From Plasmodiophora brassicae (Eukaryota), in contig CP145416.1 of NCBI GenBank assembly GCA_036867785.1, forward strand, positions 186,001 through 250,000: a DNA stretch of 64,000 nucleotides. Direction: 5' to 3'. Position numbers and translations under genes: made by a program. The notes beneath the pieces are model-generated. The model worked only from the letters and a program-made list of their open reading frames with translations, was not told where the DNA came from and searched no databases. Shown in pieces: positions 11,748 through 23,850 of this stretch (within the stretch, counting starts at the first letter, position 1; the number at the start of each line of letters is the position of its first letter).

Positions 11748-12915
11748 TCACTCGACGTCATCTGTGTCGACCTGCAGCAGGATCTTGCCGGTTGTTTTCC
11801 TGGCGGCCAGCAGGTCTTGCGCCTTGGCCGCATCGCCAAGCGGCAGGATGCGGCCAATGTGGACGTCGAGCGTGCCGGCCGCGACCCATCGGTAGATGTC
11901 GCGTATTCGATCCAGCAGGTCGGCACGAGTCGTGACGTAATGCGCCAGCGTGGGCCGCACCAGCGTGATCGATCCGGATCGGCACAGGCGCAACGGGTCG
12001 ATCGGCGGCACTGGCCTACGGGAGCATGGGCGTCAGTGCACAACGACACGACAAAACTTGTTTGGCTCGGTTCGTCACCCGGAGGCGTTCCCGAAGAGAA
12101 CCAGGTGGCCACGGCAACGCAGGCAGGCGAGGCTCTTCTCCCAGGTGGACGCGCCCACGGAATCGTACACGACATGGACGCCGACGCCGTCCGTCACCTT
12201 CCTGACCTCCTGGTCGAACTCGCATTCCGTGTAGATGATGACGTGGTCGGCCCCATTCCGTCGGGCGATCTCCGCCTTCTTCTCGCTGGACACGGTGGTG
12301 AGGACGCGCGCGCCGCGCTGCTTGGCCATTTGGACCAGCAGGCTCCCAGTGCCACCCGCCCCCGCATGGATCAGGACGAGGTCGCCCTGTTGCACAGGGT
12401 AGGTCGATGTGACGAGGTAATGGGCCGTCAGGCCCTGCATGCCAACGGCGGCGGCTTGCTCCAGGGATACGCCCGCAGGGACGGGCATGGTCTTGTCGGC
12501 GTCAACGACGACGTACTCGGCGTAGGTGCCTTCGGCGGCAACGAACGACACGCGATGGCCGTCGGGGAATTCCGCTTCGCTGACCGAGGCGCCCCGGGCG
12601 ACAATGACGCCAGAACCTTCCTTGCCGATCGTGAACGGCAACGCCAACGGGTACAGGCCGGTCCCTGAACCGATGCGACGTCAGCTGGGACGCGCGCCAA
12701 TGCAGTCCGGCACATGATACGGTTGTAAATGTCGACAAAGTTCACGCCGGCGTAGGACATCTACACAGCGCGTCAGAAAAGGAGGGAGGCGGGGAGACGG
12801 ATCAAACGGCACCGACCTGGACAAGGACCTGGTTGGGGCCGACGCGCGGCACGTCGACGTCCGCGCAGGACAGCGCCGACGAATCGCCGAACTCGTCGAC
12901 GCGAACGGCCCGCAT
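11748..12915 (-). CDS. NADPH:quinone oxidoreductase (zeta-crystallin/Qor, MDR family)
   Basis: MRAVRVDEFG, AGVNFVDIY, GKEGSG, LIHAGAGGTG, VYDSVG, FGNASG and RKTTGKILL motifs. Confidence 0.9.
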
Positions 12916-13145
12916 TGTCGACACGAACCGTCCAGCTCGTCCAATGCCCAATGCTGCGGGCGCCGCGACCCGCTGTCGCACCGCCACCGCCGGGCCGACC
13001 GTGCAAAAACGCTTCCCACACGCCAACCAAAACACACGTCTGACCTATTATTGTACAGCACGTCGTCGCGGTCGTACGGGCGCGTCCACCTGATGGGCGG
13101 GTGGTGTGCAGCTCGGTGTGTAGTGGGGGGACATGCGCGCGCAGG

Positions 13146-15309
13146 TTACGGGTTCCTGAACGGGAGCTCGGGCTGGGCTGATGATGTCGACCCGGGCGTT
13201 GGGTCGACGCCGGCGCCGTCCAGGGTGTGCGCCAGCGTGCGGATCTTGCGTTCGATCGCGGGCATCATGAAGTCGTCGGACGTGCCGCGGACGATGACGT
13301 AGTGGTACGTGCAGGACGGGCTTTGCTGGCCGATGCGGTGGATGCGGTCTTCAGCCTGGAATCGGCATGAGCAGCGGGCCGTGCCGGCCGGAGCGGACGA
13401 ACCAACCTGGAACAGCAGCGCGGGTGTCCATGGCAGTTCGGCGAAGATCATAGAGCTGCAGGCGCTGGCCAGGTTCAGGCCAGTGGCACATGAACCGAAC
13501 GACAGCAGAGCGACGCGCGCATCCCCCTTAATGAACCGGCGGACGGCGTTATCGCGATCAGTCGGAGACGTCGCGCCGTCGATTCGTACGAATGTGGTGC
13601 AGGTCTGATCCAGGATGGCCTGCAGGCCGTCCAGCACGAGTTCGTGGTGGCCGAATACAATGAACGGTGACGAATCCTTCTGCAGAAAGGTCCGGATCAG
13701 GGATGCGGCTGCGACCAGCTTATGGCTTGCCGACTCGAAGTAGAGGTTCACCAGGTTGTCGGATTGCTGACCGCCGCCTTCCATTTCCCGTCGTACGGTC
13801 TCCTCGATTGAGATCGGCGTGTCCACAACGCTGCGCACCATGTTCCTGATCTTCTTCGGCATGCAACGCATGACGTCACGCTTCAGGTGCCGGACCATTA
13901 GGCATCGCGTCAGAACGAGATACAGTTCCGTCTCGTGATGCGAGCCACGATTCATCCAGCGACCGGAGCGAGGGTCTTTGTGGCCCTGACAGTACCGCTT
14001 CTCGAACTGGATCTTCGAACCCAGCAGTCCAGTGGACAGAATATCGACCTGCACGAAACCAGCAACGTTGCCAAACGTAACGAGTGTCACACGACAAGGT
14101 GTCCATACCGTGGAGAACAATTCGGCAGGGCGGTTCAGAGCAGGGGTGCCCGTCAGCAGGATCACTCTGCGGGAGCATTTCAGCCACTTCTTCAGCTCGC
14201 AAGCCCGCTGGCTTGTAGACTCCTTGAGGTGGTGGCTCTCGTCCTAAGGGCAGCTCGCTAGCACCGCAAGGAACAGCACACTCAACAGTTGGGTTACGTA
14301 CACATGCGATTACATTGGGCGTCCAACGGTTTTCCCACCTACGTAGTCCATACCATAGTGCAGTAAGTTCGAATGCGGGACGCGGGCCCGCCCGGAAAAC
14401 GTTACCGGGATTTGATCAAGGGGAGAACGGTCTTGACGAGGGCATACGACAGGACCACGATCTGCGGCAGCGCGAGCATGCCCATAATGTCGTTCTTTGA
14501 CTTTGGAATTGCTATATTGCTGGAAGCGCTCAGCCATTTGCTAACAAGTATCTCCGCGGTCAGACCGAGACAGCCAGGAATGAGCACCACGTCACCGCGC
14601 CATATCCTTCCAGTGCACTCGCATCGTCGCAGGGCATACAATCAGAAGCGGCCAGTCGTCGCGATAGTACTCACAGAGAGCCAGGCACTGCACGGTTTTG
14701 CCTGCCAGAAGGACGAGACGTCAGTGAGCAACGCGGGCACGTCTGGCTGTTGTAAGTCCACGAACCAAGGCCCATGTCATCCGCCAGAAGGGCACGTCCG
14801 CCTCGTTCGACAGCGAACCGGACGCTATCCTGTTGAAACTCGAGAAGGCAGTCCCAGATTTTCGGGATGGCCTGTTCCGGCGGCCGGCTGCTCGTGTGGC
14901 GCGTCTCGTGTGGTGCCCTAGCCAGCTTCAATACTGGCTGCGGAACATGGTCGACGTCGATCTGCGCGAATATGCCTCGGACGGCGGCCGGGATAACGTC
15001 CCCAAGAACAAGATCGTAATCCCGAAGAGGGATCTCGAACACGTCGAATCCGATGTCGTCCCGCCGGCGATACCCCCTGGTCGTTAACTTGCCGGCGACA
15101 ATCGGCGACAGCGGGAAGACCTGCAGCGTGAACGCCGTCCAGGACGCCAGTTCGACAGTCACGAGGAGGCGCGTCGGGGCAGGGCGCCCGGGTGGCAGCA
15201 CCGCCCAGCATCGCGATCGCACGGGCAGGACCGCGCACCGCCAGACGCCCTCGACGCAGACGCCGGGCTGCTGGTGCCCGGCGCACAGCGGCGCGCTCTG
15301 CCCAAACAT
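13146..15309 (-). CDS. SNF2-family annealing helicase (SMARCAL1/ZRANB3-like), multi-exon, start uncertain
   Basis: GRALLADDMGLG(KT), DESH, LLTGTPALNRPAELF, RIDG, GLNL, FAELPWTP and QAEDRIHRIGQ motifs. Confidence 0.85.
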
Positions 15310-15437
15310 CGCCCCGCACGGCCACTTCCCAAATGGTCGCCAACTGCGAACTGCAGCGACGACTGGGCGCCGTTACCGCCCGCCCGGCGCTGCGGGACAA
15401 CGCCCCCAGACGACAACAACGCTCAGCGACCCGTCAT

Positions 15438-16322
15438 TTAATCGGACTTGCGACGCGTCGTGTGGTCGTAGATGACGGCCTGTGGGCGACACAGCCACGG
15501 GTGTGGGAATCGCGCTGGGTGATTTGCATACGCGTGCCTGACCTGGACGTACTCGTCGGTGGCGATCACGGTTCGCGTCGAGTTGTCGCCGCACGCGCCT
15601 TTTGGGTCCACGTTGATCACCTTCCGGTCGCGCTTGTTCTTGAACAGGATACCGGTGTGGCTGTCGATCACCTGGAAGTTCGACGACGGCGTCGACGTGG
15701 CCAGCTGCGTGTCCCAATTGTAGTAGCTGTGCAATGACATGTGTCAGGTCACGACGAATGGCATGGCTTGGCGCGGTTCCACCACCTCAGATCCGACGTC
15801 CGCGGCAAGAACCGCTTCTTCAGCAGGAAGTACTGCTCGAAGTCGTCGACCTTGAGTCGTTGCGCGTAGTCGATGTATCCGGACACTTCGTGGCCCTTCG
15901 CGTTCCGATCGCGAATGAACACGATGGTCTGCTGCGCGTGTCAGTGGATAAGCGCCTATGCGGTTCAGCATTCGTACAGTGAGTTTGCCATTGCGGATGT
16001 CTTCTTCGCGATCAGCGAGCGCCTTCAGGAGACGGTGGGCGCTGAGGTCCTTGCCGGCGCTACACAGAGTTTGCTGGGCCTTGCGTTCCTTCGGTTTCGT
16101 CGACTCCAGCATGTCGCGCTTGCGTTGCATGAACTCATCGCGTTTCAACGTGAACCCGTGGCCGCGGTACCCGAGCTCGACCAGCTGCCTGGCCAGGTCG
16201 TCGTCCTGCAGGTAGTACCGGTCCTTGGCCGTCACCTGCGACTCCAGGTACTCCTCGTACGTGGCGAACGATGCCACATCGGTGTCACGAGTGTCGTGCG
16301 TACGCGCTTGGAACAGCGACAT
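15438..16322 (-). CDS. CFAP299: Cilia- and flagella-associated protein 299 (C4orf22/DUF4464)
   Basis: [10 protein letters not shown]...[59 protein letters not shown] and YDHTTRRK. Confidence 0.85.
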
Positions 16323-16576
16323 GGGGGCGCGCCGGCGGGGAGGAAGGAGCCCAACGTATGCGGTAGTACGCTAGAGCGCTCCTCCTCAGCAGATATTTTA
16401 CAATGGTATATATAGGCACGATCAGGCGCCGACGCTCAGTCTACCAGCCACGTCAAATGAATCTTGCCGGCAGAGAATTTAGACGGGATATGTTAATATG
16501 TACATAGCTTCGAACGAGGCAGTAATACGTCCCCCGCATACGCGGCGCTGGTCCGTACGGACCGCGGCGACGCCCG

Positions 16577-17233
16577 ATGACGTCGTCGGCGTCGGTGTCG
16601 ATCTCGGAGGCGTACCATGCGGCCCGGCGTCACGCCCAGCACGTCGCCGACATGCTGTCGGTGGTGAAGGACGCGCCGCCGGGCAGCCAGGAGCGCAGGC
16701 AGGCGATCACTGACGTGTCCGGCGTGGTGAACACCATGTCGGGGGCGGTGCGCGACCTGAACCCGATGGTCGACCGGGAGCCGCGCGCCAGCCAGGCGTC
16801 GTGGCGCGCCAAGATCCACGCGCTGGCCCAGGACGAGAACATGTTCCGCCAGGACCTGCAACGCCTGATGACCATGCAGCACGAAGCGGAGTCCAGACGG
16901 GAATTGCTGTCCAGGCCGGAGTCCGGACTCGCAAGCCGCCCGATCGCCGCCCGAATGCATCATGAGCGACAGGTCCTGGAACGCGCCGACGAAGAGGTCA
17001 CCGTCATGATCGACCGCGGCACCGAAACGCTGAACGCCCTGCGACGGCAACGGGACGCGATGAAGGGCGCGCAGCGGCGCCTGCTCGACGTCGTCAGCCG
17101 CCTCGGCCTGAGCAAGACCGTCCTGCGCCTCGTGGAGCGCCGCCACGGCCAGGACCGCCTGATCGTCTACGGCGGCATAGCGATCACGACGCTCGTCATC
17201 ATCGCCCTGCTCTACTATTTCGTATGGTCATAG
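16577..17233 (+). CDS. Golgi Qb-SNARE (membrin/GOSR2/Bos1-like)
   Basis: 218 aa. SNARE motif LNALRRQRDAMKGAQRRLLDVVSRLGLSKTVLRLVERR..QD followed by a C-terminal TM helix. Confidence 0.85.
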   Translation: MTSSASVSISEAYHAARRHAQHVADMLSVVKDAPPGSQERRQAITDVSGVVNTMSGAVRDLNPMVDREPRASQASWRAKIHALAQDENMFRQDLQRLMTMQHEAESRRELLSRPESGLASRPIAARMHHERQVLERADEEVTVMIDRGTETLNALRRQRDAMKGAQRRLLDVVSRLGLSKTVLRLVERRHGQDRLIVYGGIAITTLVIIALLYYFVWS

Positions 17234-17480
17234 CGGCGTACACGATTGTACGACGGAAGCAGTGTGCGTGGCGGGTGTCATGTGGCGGACGTAGGGATGA
17301 ACGGCCGGCGGCGACTGCCGCACGGTTCGCGACAGATCCGCAGAACTATTTCTGGCGTCATTTCACTGCGTAGACCGTAGGCCTGCGCCAGCGACGAAAC
17401 GACGCGCGGGCGGCAGCGCGCGGCGAGGTTTTCGTAACGACGAACTGTGACAGGGGCGGGGCGCGGGCCAGACTGGCGCG

Positions 17481-17490
17481 CGTGACTCAG
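17481..17490. promoter_or_regulatory. AP-1/GCN4-like site cgTGACTCAg upstream of HSF copy 1
   Basis: TGACTCA about 40 bp before ATG 17529. The same motif precedes all four HSF copies. Confidence 0.5.
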
Positions 17491-17528
17491 CGCACGAGCT
17501 CGTTCCGGAGTCGACCCGCCCAGAAGGA

Positions 17529-18395
17529 ATGTCGCTGCCGATCGGGAACGACTCGGCGGCGGAGTCGTCCAAGGCCCGATCCGCCGACGACGCCACGGCG
17601 TTCATCACGAAGACGTACGCCATCATCGAGGACAATGACGACGCAGTCCGATGGGCGGACGACGGCCGGTCGTTCATCGTCACCGACTGCGACCGCCTGC
17701 AATCGCTGATCCTGCCGCGATACTTCAAACACGGCAACTACAACTCGTTCGTCCGCCAGTTGCACTTCTACGGGTTCTCGAAGACGACCCTGCCCAACAA
17801 CCAGGCCGAATTCCGGCATTCGCGGTTCATTCGCAACCGGACCGACCTGCTGGCCGGCATCGTCCGCAAGTCGACCGACACGATCGCCCAGCTGAAGAAG
17901 CAGGTCGTCACGCTGAACGAGCGCGTCCAGATGCTGACCGACCAGAACCTCAAGCTGCAGGACATGATCACAGCGCTCATGGCCGAGCGAGGCCAGGTGC
18001 CGTCAGGCGATATGCTGGCGGCGACGGCGTCGAACTCGGGCGGCGATCCGAAAGGGCCCGAGACGCGCGCGCAGCGGCGAACTCGGTCCCGGTCAATAAC
18101 AGATCAGGAGGCGCCGACGTCTCCGCGGGCCAAGAAGCAGGCTGGACCGAGTTCAGACGTTGGCAGGCCTTGGCTGCCCGATGTGCTGGCGGGCGCCGGG
18201 GCACATAGTTCAGAGGGTCGATCCTGTTTCGCACGGAGCGATGTTGTGGTCGGCTCCGATACGACCGCATTCGATCGCGTGCAGCGGCATCCACCGTCGC
18301 CATCGTCGGCACGATCCGACCCATGCATTTCCCCCATGCGACCGCAATGGGCCAGGCCTTTCCCGAGGCAATTTTCGCCTCGGATATGCGAATAA
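17529..18395 (+). CDS. HSF-type DNA-binding domain transcription factor, copy 1
   Basis: FITKTY...VRW..DGRSFIV...LPRYFKHGNYNSFVRQLHFYGFSK...EFRHSRF, followed by a coiled coil. Confidence 0.88.
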   Translation: MSLPIGNDSAAESSKARSADDATAFITKTYAIIEDNDDAVRWADDGRSFIVTDCDRLQSLILPRYFKHGNYNSFVRQLHFYGFSKTTLPNNQAEFRHSRFIRNRTDLLAGIVRKSTDTIAQLKKQVVTLNERVQMLTDQNLKLQDMITALMAERGQVPSGDMLAATASNSGGDPKGPETRAQRRTRSRSITDQEAPTSPRAKKQAGPSSDVGRPWLPDVLAGAGAHSSEGRSCFARSDVVVGSDTTAFDRVQRHPPSPSSARSDPCISPMRPQWARPFPRQFSPRICE

Positions 18396-18564
18396 ACCAT
18401 CAAACTGTTATTGCCATATATTCGTCTCTGGCCCGCACTGGCGCGATATTCGTCCCAAATTGTACCCTGCATACGACGTGCGGAAACGTGCAACGTTATA
18501 TACCCACACAATCGTCGCATCAGTACTGCCATGTGCAATCCTGCAGGGTAGAAGCAAAAATAGA

Positions 18565-19150
18565 TACTCCCTCGGTCCAGGAATGATTGATAGGTTGAAG
18601 ATACATATCACCAGTTCGATTTTACCGTACACGCCAGCAGTTAGTCCACATCGCGGGCGTTCCTATGACACGCTGTATCGAAGGAAAACAGTTTCTCATC
18701 GTTTTCAAAAATTTCCCAAAAGCAACCGGCACGGGGCATGATCAGTGCCTATACGTTGCGTGTTATCGATGCTGAGGTACGGCATTACAACGTTCCATGA
18801 TGCGGATGGTATGTATGATCCACATTGAGCACGTTCGACTCCTTGTCGAAGAGCTCGTTCCAGCCATGAAGAAGAAGTGGGCTACGTCAACGAAATGACA
18901 GCCGGCCTCCAACCAGCAGGAAAACGCGTATGAAGGCCACTAACGAAGGTCGACGTTGCCGTGTATGACGTTGCTGGTCACTCTAACGAGTTCTTTGAGG
19001 CGCAAACATACCCACCGTGTCGCTTTTCAAACCTGGGTCTATATCCTGCCCGGCTGGCCTAGGAGCTGCCGCAAGCACCTAGAACCATCGGCGATCTCAC
19101 TAAAGTTGTCGTGATAACCTTTAGAAAGTACGATACGGTCAAGATATCAC
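18565..19150 (+). mobile_element. Decayed mariner-like (DD39D/Stowaway-type) transposon relic
   Basis: TA+CTCCCTCGGTCC terminus at 18565. Broken transposase peptides LVEELVPAMKKKW...QQENA and NLGLYPA...APRTIGDLTKVV contain stops. Confidence 0.6.
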
Positions 19151-20230
19151 CCATTGCCTGTCCTGTCAGATGGCGCTGCACGCAGCGAAGACAGTGAGGG
19201 GGCAGACACCTTTATAAGCAAGCGGCACTTCCAGAACCAATGGCCCTTCATGTGTATATTGCCTGCAGCGAGGAAGGTGGTCGGGCTGTGATTGGCCGTT
19301 CTCGTTGCGGCCCCTGATCTTGTTTTGGATACCGCGTGCCAAAATTGAACCGCGCTGACGAGTGGCGGAGCTGATGGTCTGCACTCCCTCCGGGCCAGTG
19401 ATCGACGATGACCAGGGACGACGGATCGCCAGGGATCCGTCGTTTCACGAGTCAGCAGTGCAGCCGTGCAGGTCGATGTGTGCTGTACAACGTGGCCTAC
19501 GGTGCGCAGCGACGGTCTCGCGTACCCTAAAACCAGTTGTACCTATGCGACGCGGTCGATGCCGCTACCGATGAGGCCACGGCGCGCCCGTCACGGACAC
19601 GGAGTCACCCGATCCGGTCCGACATACCGACCACGGTCCGCCCGTCGCGAGCGTCCAGGGCGATGTGCGTTGCGCCGGCTCTCCAGAACAAGTTCGCAGG
19701 TCAACGGTAGATCGTCCCCTGACCGGAGATGAAGCGCACGGCCAGGCAGTCCGCTACCCGTGCGACCTAGACGGCACCGGGTCGTCTGTTGGTCGGCCAT
19801 GCACATTATGGTTGGATCCTGCTGCCGCAAACGTCGCGTCGCATTCCAAGCGTTGCCGGCGTCTGCTCAACTCGTGTGCCTGCTACCTATGGTTGTGTGG
19901 ACTCTGACCGACAACCCGGTGGTCGAGTATGCCCGACGAACCCGTCGGCGAACCTGTCGCGCGTTCTCAGAGTCTGTGTATGTCGATCATCTAACCGTGT
20001 GTACGTACGTCGCAGTGACCAAATATACCACATGGACAGTGCGCGCGTCAGGCGGACAACCGGGGCGTGGTGACACTCAACATTCGGCAGTACGGTACGC
20101 GCAGGCTATTTTTGTCGAGGCGCTATTTGGCGTTGGCAGAGGGCGACCGCAGAGTTCGTCCAGTTCGGTGCGTCGTGCTGGGCACGTCCACGAGGCAGGC
20201 CTTCCTGTGGGTCCCCCCGGCCCCTCCGCC

Positions 20231-20241
20231 CGTGAGTCACG
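20231..20241. promoter_or_regulatory. AP-1/GCN4-like site cgTGAGTCAcg upstream of HSF copy 2
   Basis: Palindromic CGTGAGTCACG about 115 bp before ATG 20356. Confidence 0.5.
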
Positions 20242-20355
20242 GTGGATCCATCCGTCGGCCAGGGCGCCAGTGGTGCGTCACTGGGGTCGCCCGCGCGCGG
20301 TTCCCCACAACTGTACGGTCCCGCTGCTGACGACGTGTCCGGCCACGATCCGTAC

Positions 20356-21346
20356 ATGGATGAACCGTCGTCCGCGTTCATCCAGAAGACGTACACGATG
20401 GCGTCATCGCCCGATGACGACACCATCGTGTGGAGCGACGACGGCCAGGCGATCCTCGTTCTCGACATCGCTCGCCTGGAGCGCGAAACCCTCCCGAAGT
20501 ACTTCCGGCACAACCAGTTCAAAAGCTTCGTCCGTCAACTGCATGGCTACGGTAAGCCATCATTGTCGTCGGTCCAAGGCGACGGTGATGGCTGATGAGC
20601 ATACGTGTCCAGGGTTCTCGAAAACCACTCTGCGAAACGGCGACAGCGAGTTCAGGCACCCGCTGTTCGTTCGTGGGCGCCCGGACCTGCTGAAGCAGAT
20701 CGGGCGTAAGGCGGCGGACGCGCAGGAGGAGCAGAAGCAGCGGACGCGCGCCATGGAGGAGCAGATGCGGTGGCTGGTGGAGGAAAACGAGCGCCTGCAC
20801 AGCATCGTGCGCCTTCTGTTCGAGGATCACGCTATTCTTTCTGCCCGTATCCGCATGTACGAACCCGATGATGTCATGTCGGCGCCTGCTGCCGCCGCCT
20901 CGGCATACTATCACGGGAGCCAACAGGGGCAGCCTGCTATGGGGTCAGCCTCGCCTGGCCGGGACGCCATGCGGGCAGCCTCCGCTGACCGGGATGGCAT
21001 GCGGTCAATGCCGCTCTGCTACGAGCAGCAGCAGCAGCAGCAGCAGGTGGAACCTGCATTCGGTACAAGCAGGAGTAACTTCGTACTGCCGCGGTATGAT
21101 TCCCAGCAGATGCAACCGGCAGCAGGCAGCCCTGTTCCGAACAGGGACGGCATGCCCTCGCGATCGTCGAGCACCACGACAGATGAGACCGCCGCAGGTG
21201 CCAGTGGCGGTGGGATCGAGCCGGGCGCGGGCGTGCCGCCTGCGTCGTCTGGCGGGTCGGCCATTCCTCCAGACGGTCGCGATGTTACGCATCGGCAAGC
21301 GAATCCCATCGCAAGAAGGTTCACACCGTACATAATCAACAAGTGA
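20356..21346 (+). CDS. HSF-type transcription factor, copy 2 (one intron 20552-20612; polyQ tract)
   Basis: AFIQKTY...IVWSDDG...LPKYFRHNQFKSFVRQLHGY|GFSK...EFRHPLF, then a coiled coil. (CAG)7 at 21026-21046. Confidence 0.88.
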
Positions 21347-22011
21347 TCGTTCTCTTTGTTATGGTCATGTGGCGGTTGACTATATGCGGCAAGTGCGAAC
21401 CTACATAGGCTGCGGTATCAGAAGTCGGTCGCATCCAGCGCACCGGTGAAATCAGTTTCAGCCAGTTGCCCTGTCGTCGTGGCGCGCGGCACCTTGTCAG
21501 CCCTTCGAGAGCCGCGTGATTGTTATGTAGCGTTTGGATTGACAACGAAGGACGCATTGAACGGTCCGACAACTGGCGGCCTGGCGTGCGCATCACGTCG
21601 TTCGTCGTCTCCAAAGACGACGTGCGGTGCGGTATGGACCGTTGCGATATGACCTCGCGCCATTTAACCCGTTCGTGGTCGAGCCAATTCGATCACGAAC
21701 CGATATGTTTGTCGGGCCAAGCGCGCGACCCCATCCGCACTGGCACTCGCTCGTGTATCGTCGCGAAGAGCGCGCGCCTCCACCTGTGTGTCTCGGTACA
21801 CGGCTGTGCTGTGCTTACGCAGCTCGGCATGTGCGTACGTCCCTGCAGGTGACGGCGTGCGTCATACATACTGCGCGCAGTTCGTGCCGCAATCTGCGCG
21901 TGTTGTCGGACCTGGGCGGCGGCCTGCGTCGGAAATATTCCGGGCCTAGGAAGAGCCGTACGTTCCCCAGGGGCAGGTAGATGCCCGTGTTCGGCCGGTT
22001 CCGGATCACGG

Positions 22012-22022
22012 CGTGACTCACG
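22012..22022. promoter_or_regulatory. AP-1/GCN4-like site cgTGACTCAcg upstream of HSF copy 3
   Basis: Palindromic CGTGACTCACG about 80 bp before ATG 22101. Confidence 0.5.
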
Positions 22023-22100
22023 GTTCACATCCCCAGAAAGAGGCGTGTCCGTGCTCGCCGCCCACAGATGATCCGCTCGCGTCCGCGGCAGACTATCCCA

Positions 22101-22871
22101 ATGCCCCACAAGCCCATGTTCCTGCAGAAGGCGTTCGACATGGTCGAGTCAGATCGTGATGCCGCGTGCCGGTGGCTGCCGGACGGCCTGTCCTTCATTG
22201 TCGACGATGTCGAGCGCCTGGAACGCGAATCCCTGCCGAAATACTTCCGGCACAGCAACTTCCTCAGCTTCGTACGGCAGCTGCACTTCTATGGGTTCAC
22301 GAAGCAGACCATCTCGGAAGGACGCGCGCTGTTCTACCACCCGAACTTCCAGCGGCAGCGTCCCGAGCTCCTCCAGCACATCGAACGGCGCTCGTCCGAT
22401 AGAGCCAACAACCAGGGCGGTATCATCGTCAGGATGCAGGCCCAGATCGACGACCTGCAGCGGCGAAACGTCGAGCTGACAGCCGAATACGACCACCTGC
22501 AACACGTCGTCCACACGCTGCAGGCGACGTCTGCCCCGAGAAGGTGGTCCCTGCCGAGTATTTCGTTTTCAACGTCGGCGGATTACTCGCTAGTTGAACA
22601 GTACGGATACGACGATGCGAGTATCGGTACGGGGCAAGTGTCAGGGGCATCAGGTGGGGCCGCCGATGTCAAAAACCAGTTGATCATGCCGATTCCGATA
22701 CTGGCCGCGAACCTGAAACCGCCGTCCGGGTCTCCTGACGGGTCCGCATGTCGTATGCCCGTCATCGGCGATGGATCCAGTGTGGCATCTGCATTGTTGA
22801 CCCAGGCGCCATCGGAACCGACCGCCTTTCACCCGTTCAGGTCGGCGTCGACCGCAAGGACATCTGGATGA
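22101..22871 (+). CDS. HSF-type transcription factor, copy 3
   Basis: MPHKPMFLQKAFDMV...LPKYFRHSNFLSFVRQLHFYGFTK...HPNFQR, then a coiled coil. Intronless. Confidence 0.88.
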   Translation: MPHKPMFLQKAFDMVESDRDAACRWLPDGLSFIVDDVERLERESLPKYFRHSNFLSFVRQLHFYGFTKQTISEGRALFYHPNFQRQRPELLQHIERRSSDRANNQGGIIVRMQAQIDDLQRRNVELTAEYDHLQHVVHTLQATSAPRRWSLPSISFSTSADYSLVEQYGYDDASIGTGQVSGASGGAADVKNQLIMPIPILAANLKPPSGSPDGSACRMPVIGDGSSVASALLTQAPSEPTAFHPFRSASTARTSG

Positions 22872-23017
22872 CCCAGTGTCATGTCACGTTGTCAATACAA
22901 CTGTCATCGGGCGACCCTGTACGACTGTCGAATATTATACGTACCAAATTCTCTGTGGGAGCCGACGCGCAACGCCAGGGCTGCCAGGAACGTGCCATGT
23001 TTGCAGACTGGGCGTAT

Positions 23018-23177
23018 TGTCGCTAGGGCGCGCTATAAATATATAAACCTCAAGTGACTGTGGACACAGGTCTATGAGACAAACCACGTTTACAGACTCG
23101 GAACATGTCGCTAGTGTACGCTATAAATAAACTTCAAGTGCCCGTTGGACACAGGTCTATGAGACAGCACCGACACG
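23018..23177. repeat. Imperfect direct repeat, two copies with an 88-bp period, each containing CTATAAATA
   Basis: tgtcgctag..cgctataaata..aac.tcaagtg...tggacacaggtctatgagaca at 23018 and 23106. Confidence 0.8.
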
Positions 23178-23785
23178 TCATCGTTCCGTGAACGCCAGGC
23201 ACATACGGCCAAAAGTCAACCAGACATCGGCTGTTTCCACAACACTGGACAACCGACAGACGTCGGTGTGCGCGAACGGTTTATTGTTGTCTTCCTGCCA
23301 ACCCACTGCCGGTAAGTTCAACGTAACCGTTACCAGTACGTACGCACACCGCACGTGCGCGCGTGTTCCGGTCGTAACAGCCCGCAAGTACTTGCTCGCA
23401 ATTGGCCAATCCCCCAACCAGACGCCCAAGACTGCAAATGACTGATGAAGACACGGGCACATCAGATTTAGTTGAACGTGATGGCTTAACGCGTATAGCT
23501 CACCTAGCCTGCCTGCGGAGTGAGAAGCCCCTACAGAGTCCTGTAAGGACAGGAGGATGGGTGCGCGAAGACGTACTTCCTCCCAGACTTACGTGTAAGG
23601 ACATACAACTGGAGAATCGGATCCATCGACCGATTGTCAACAAGTGCAATGCGTGGAGGCTGCCTGCAACCCGCCGGCGTCCGAGCAGGCCGCGGGGTGC
23701 CGGGCTTGTCGCGCTCCCGTCAGCGGGTGCGCCGCGGATCGGCAATCCTGGGCGCAGGCGGCCAGCGGCCAACGGCGACGCCGCG

Positions 23786-23850
23786 ACGCGCCGAGTCCGA
23801 TGAAGTCCGAAGACGCGCCGAGTCCGAAGAGGTCCGAAGACGCGCCCAGT
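23786..23850. repeat. 27-bp tandem repeat (about 2.3 copies)
   Basis: gacgcgccgagtccga(t/a)ga(a/g)gtccgaa repeated. Confidence 0.75.

Noticed and set aside
19760-20355. N-terminal part of the 528-aa ORF
   Set aside because: Frame artefact. The HSF domain is in another frame from ATG 20356 and joins this frame only after the 20552-20612 intron.
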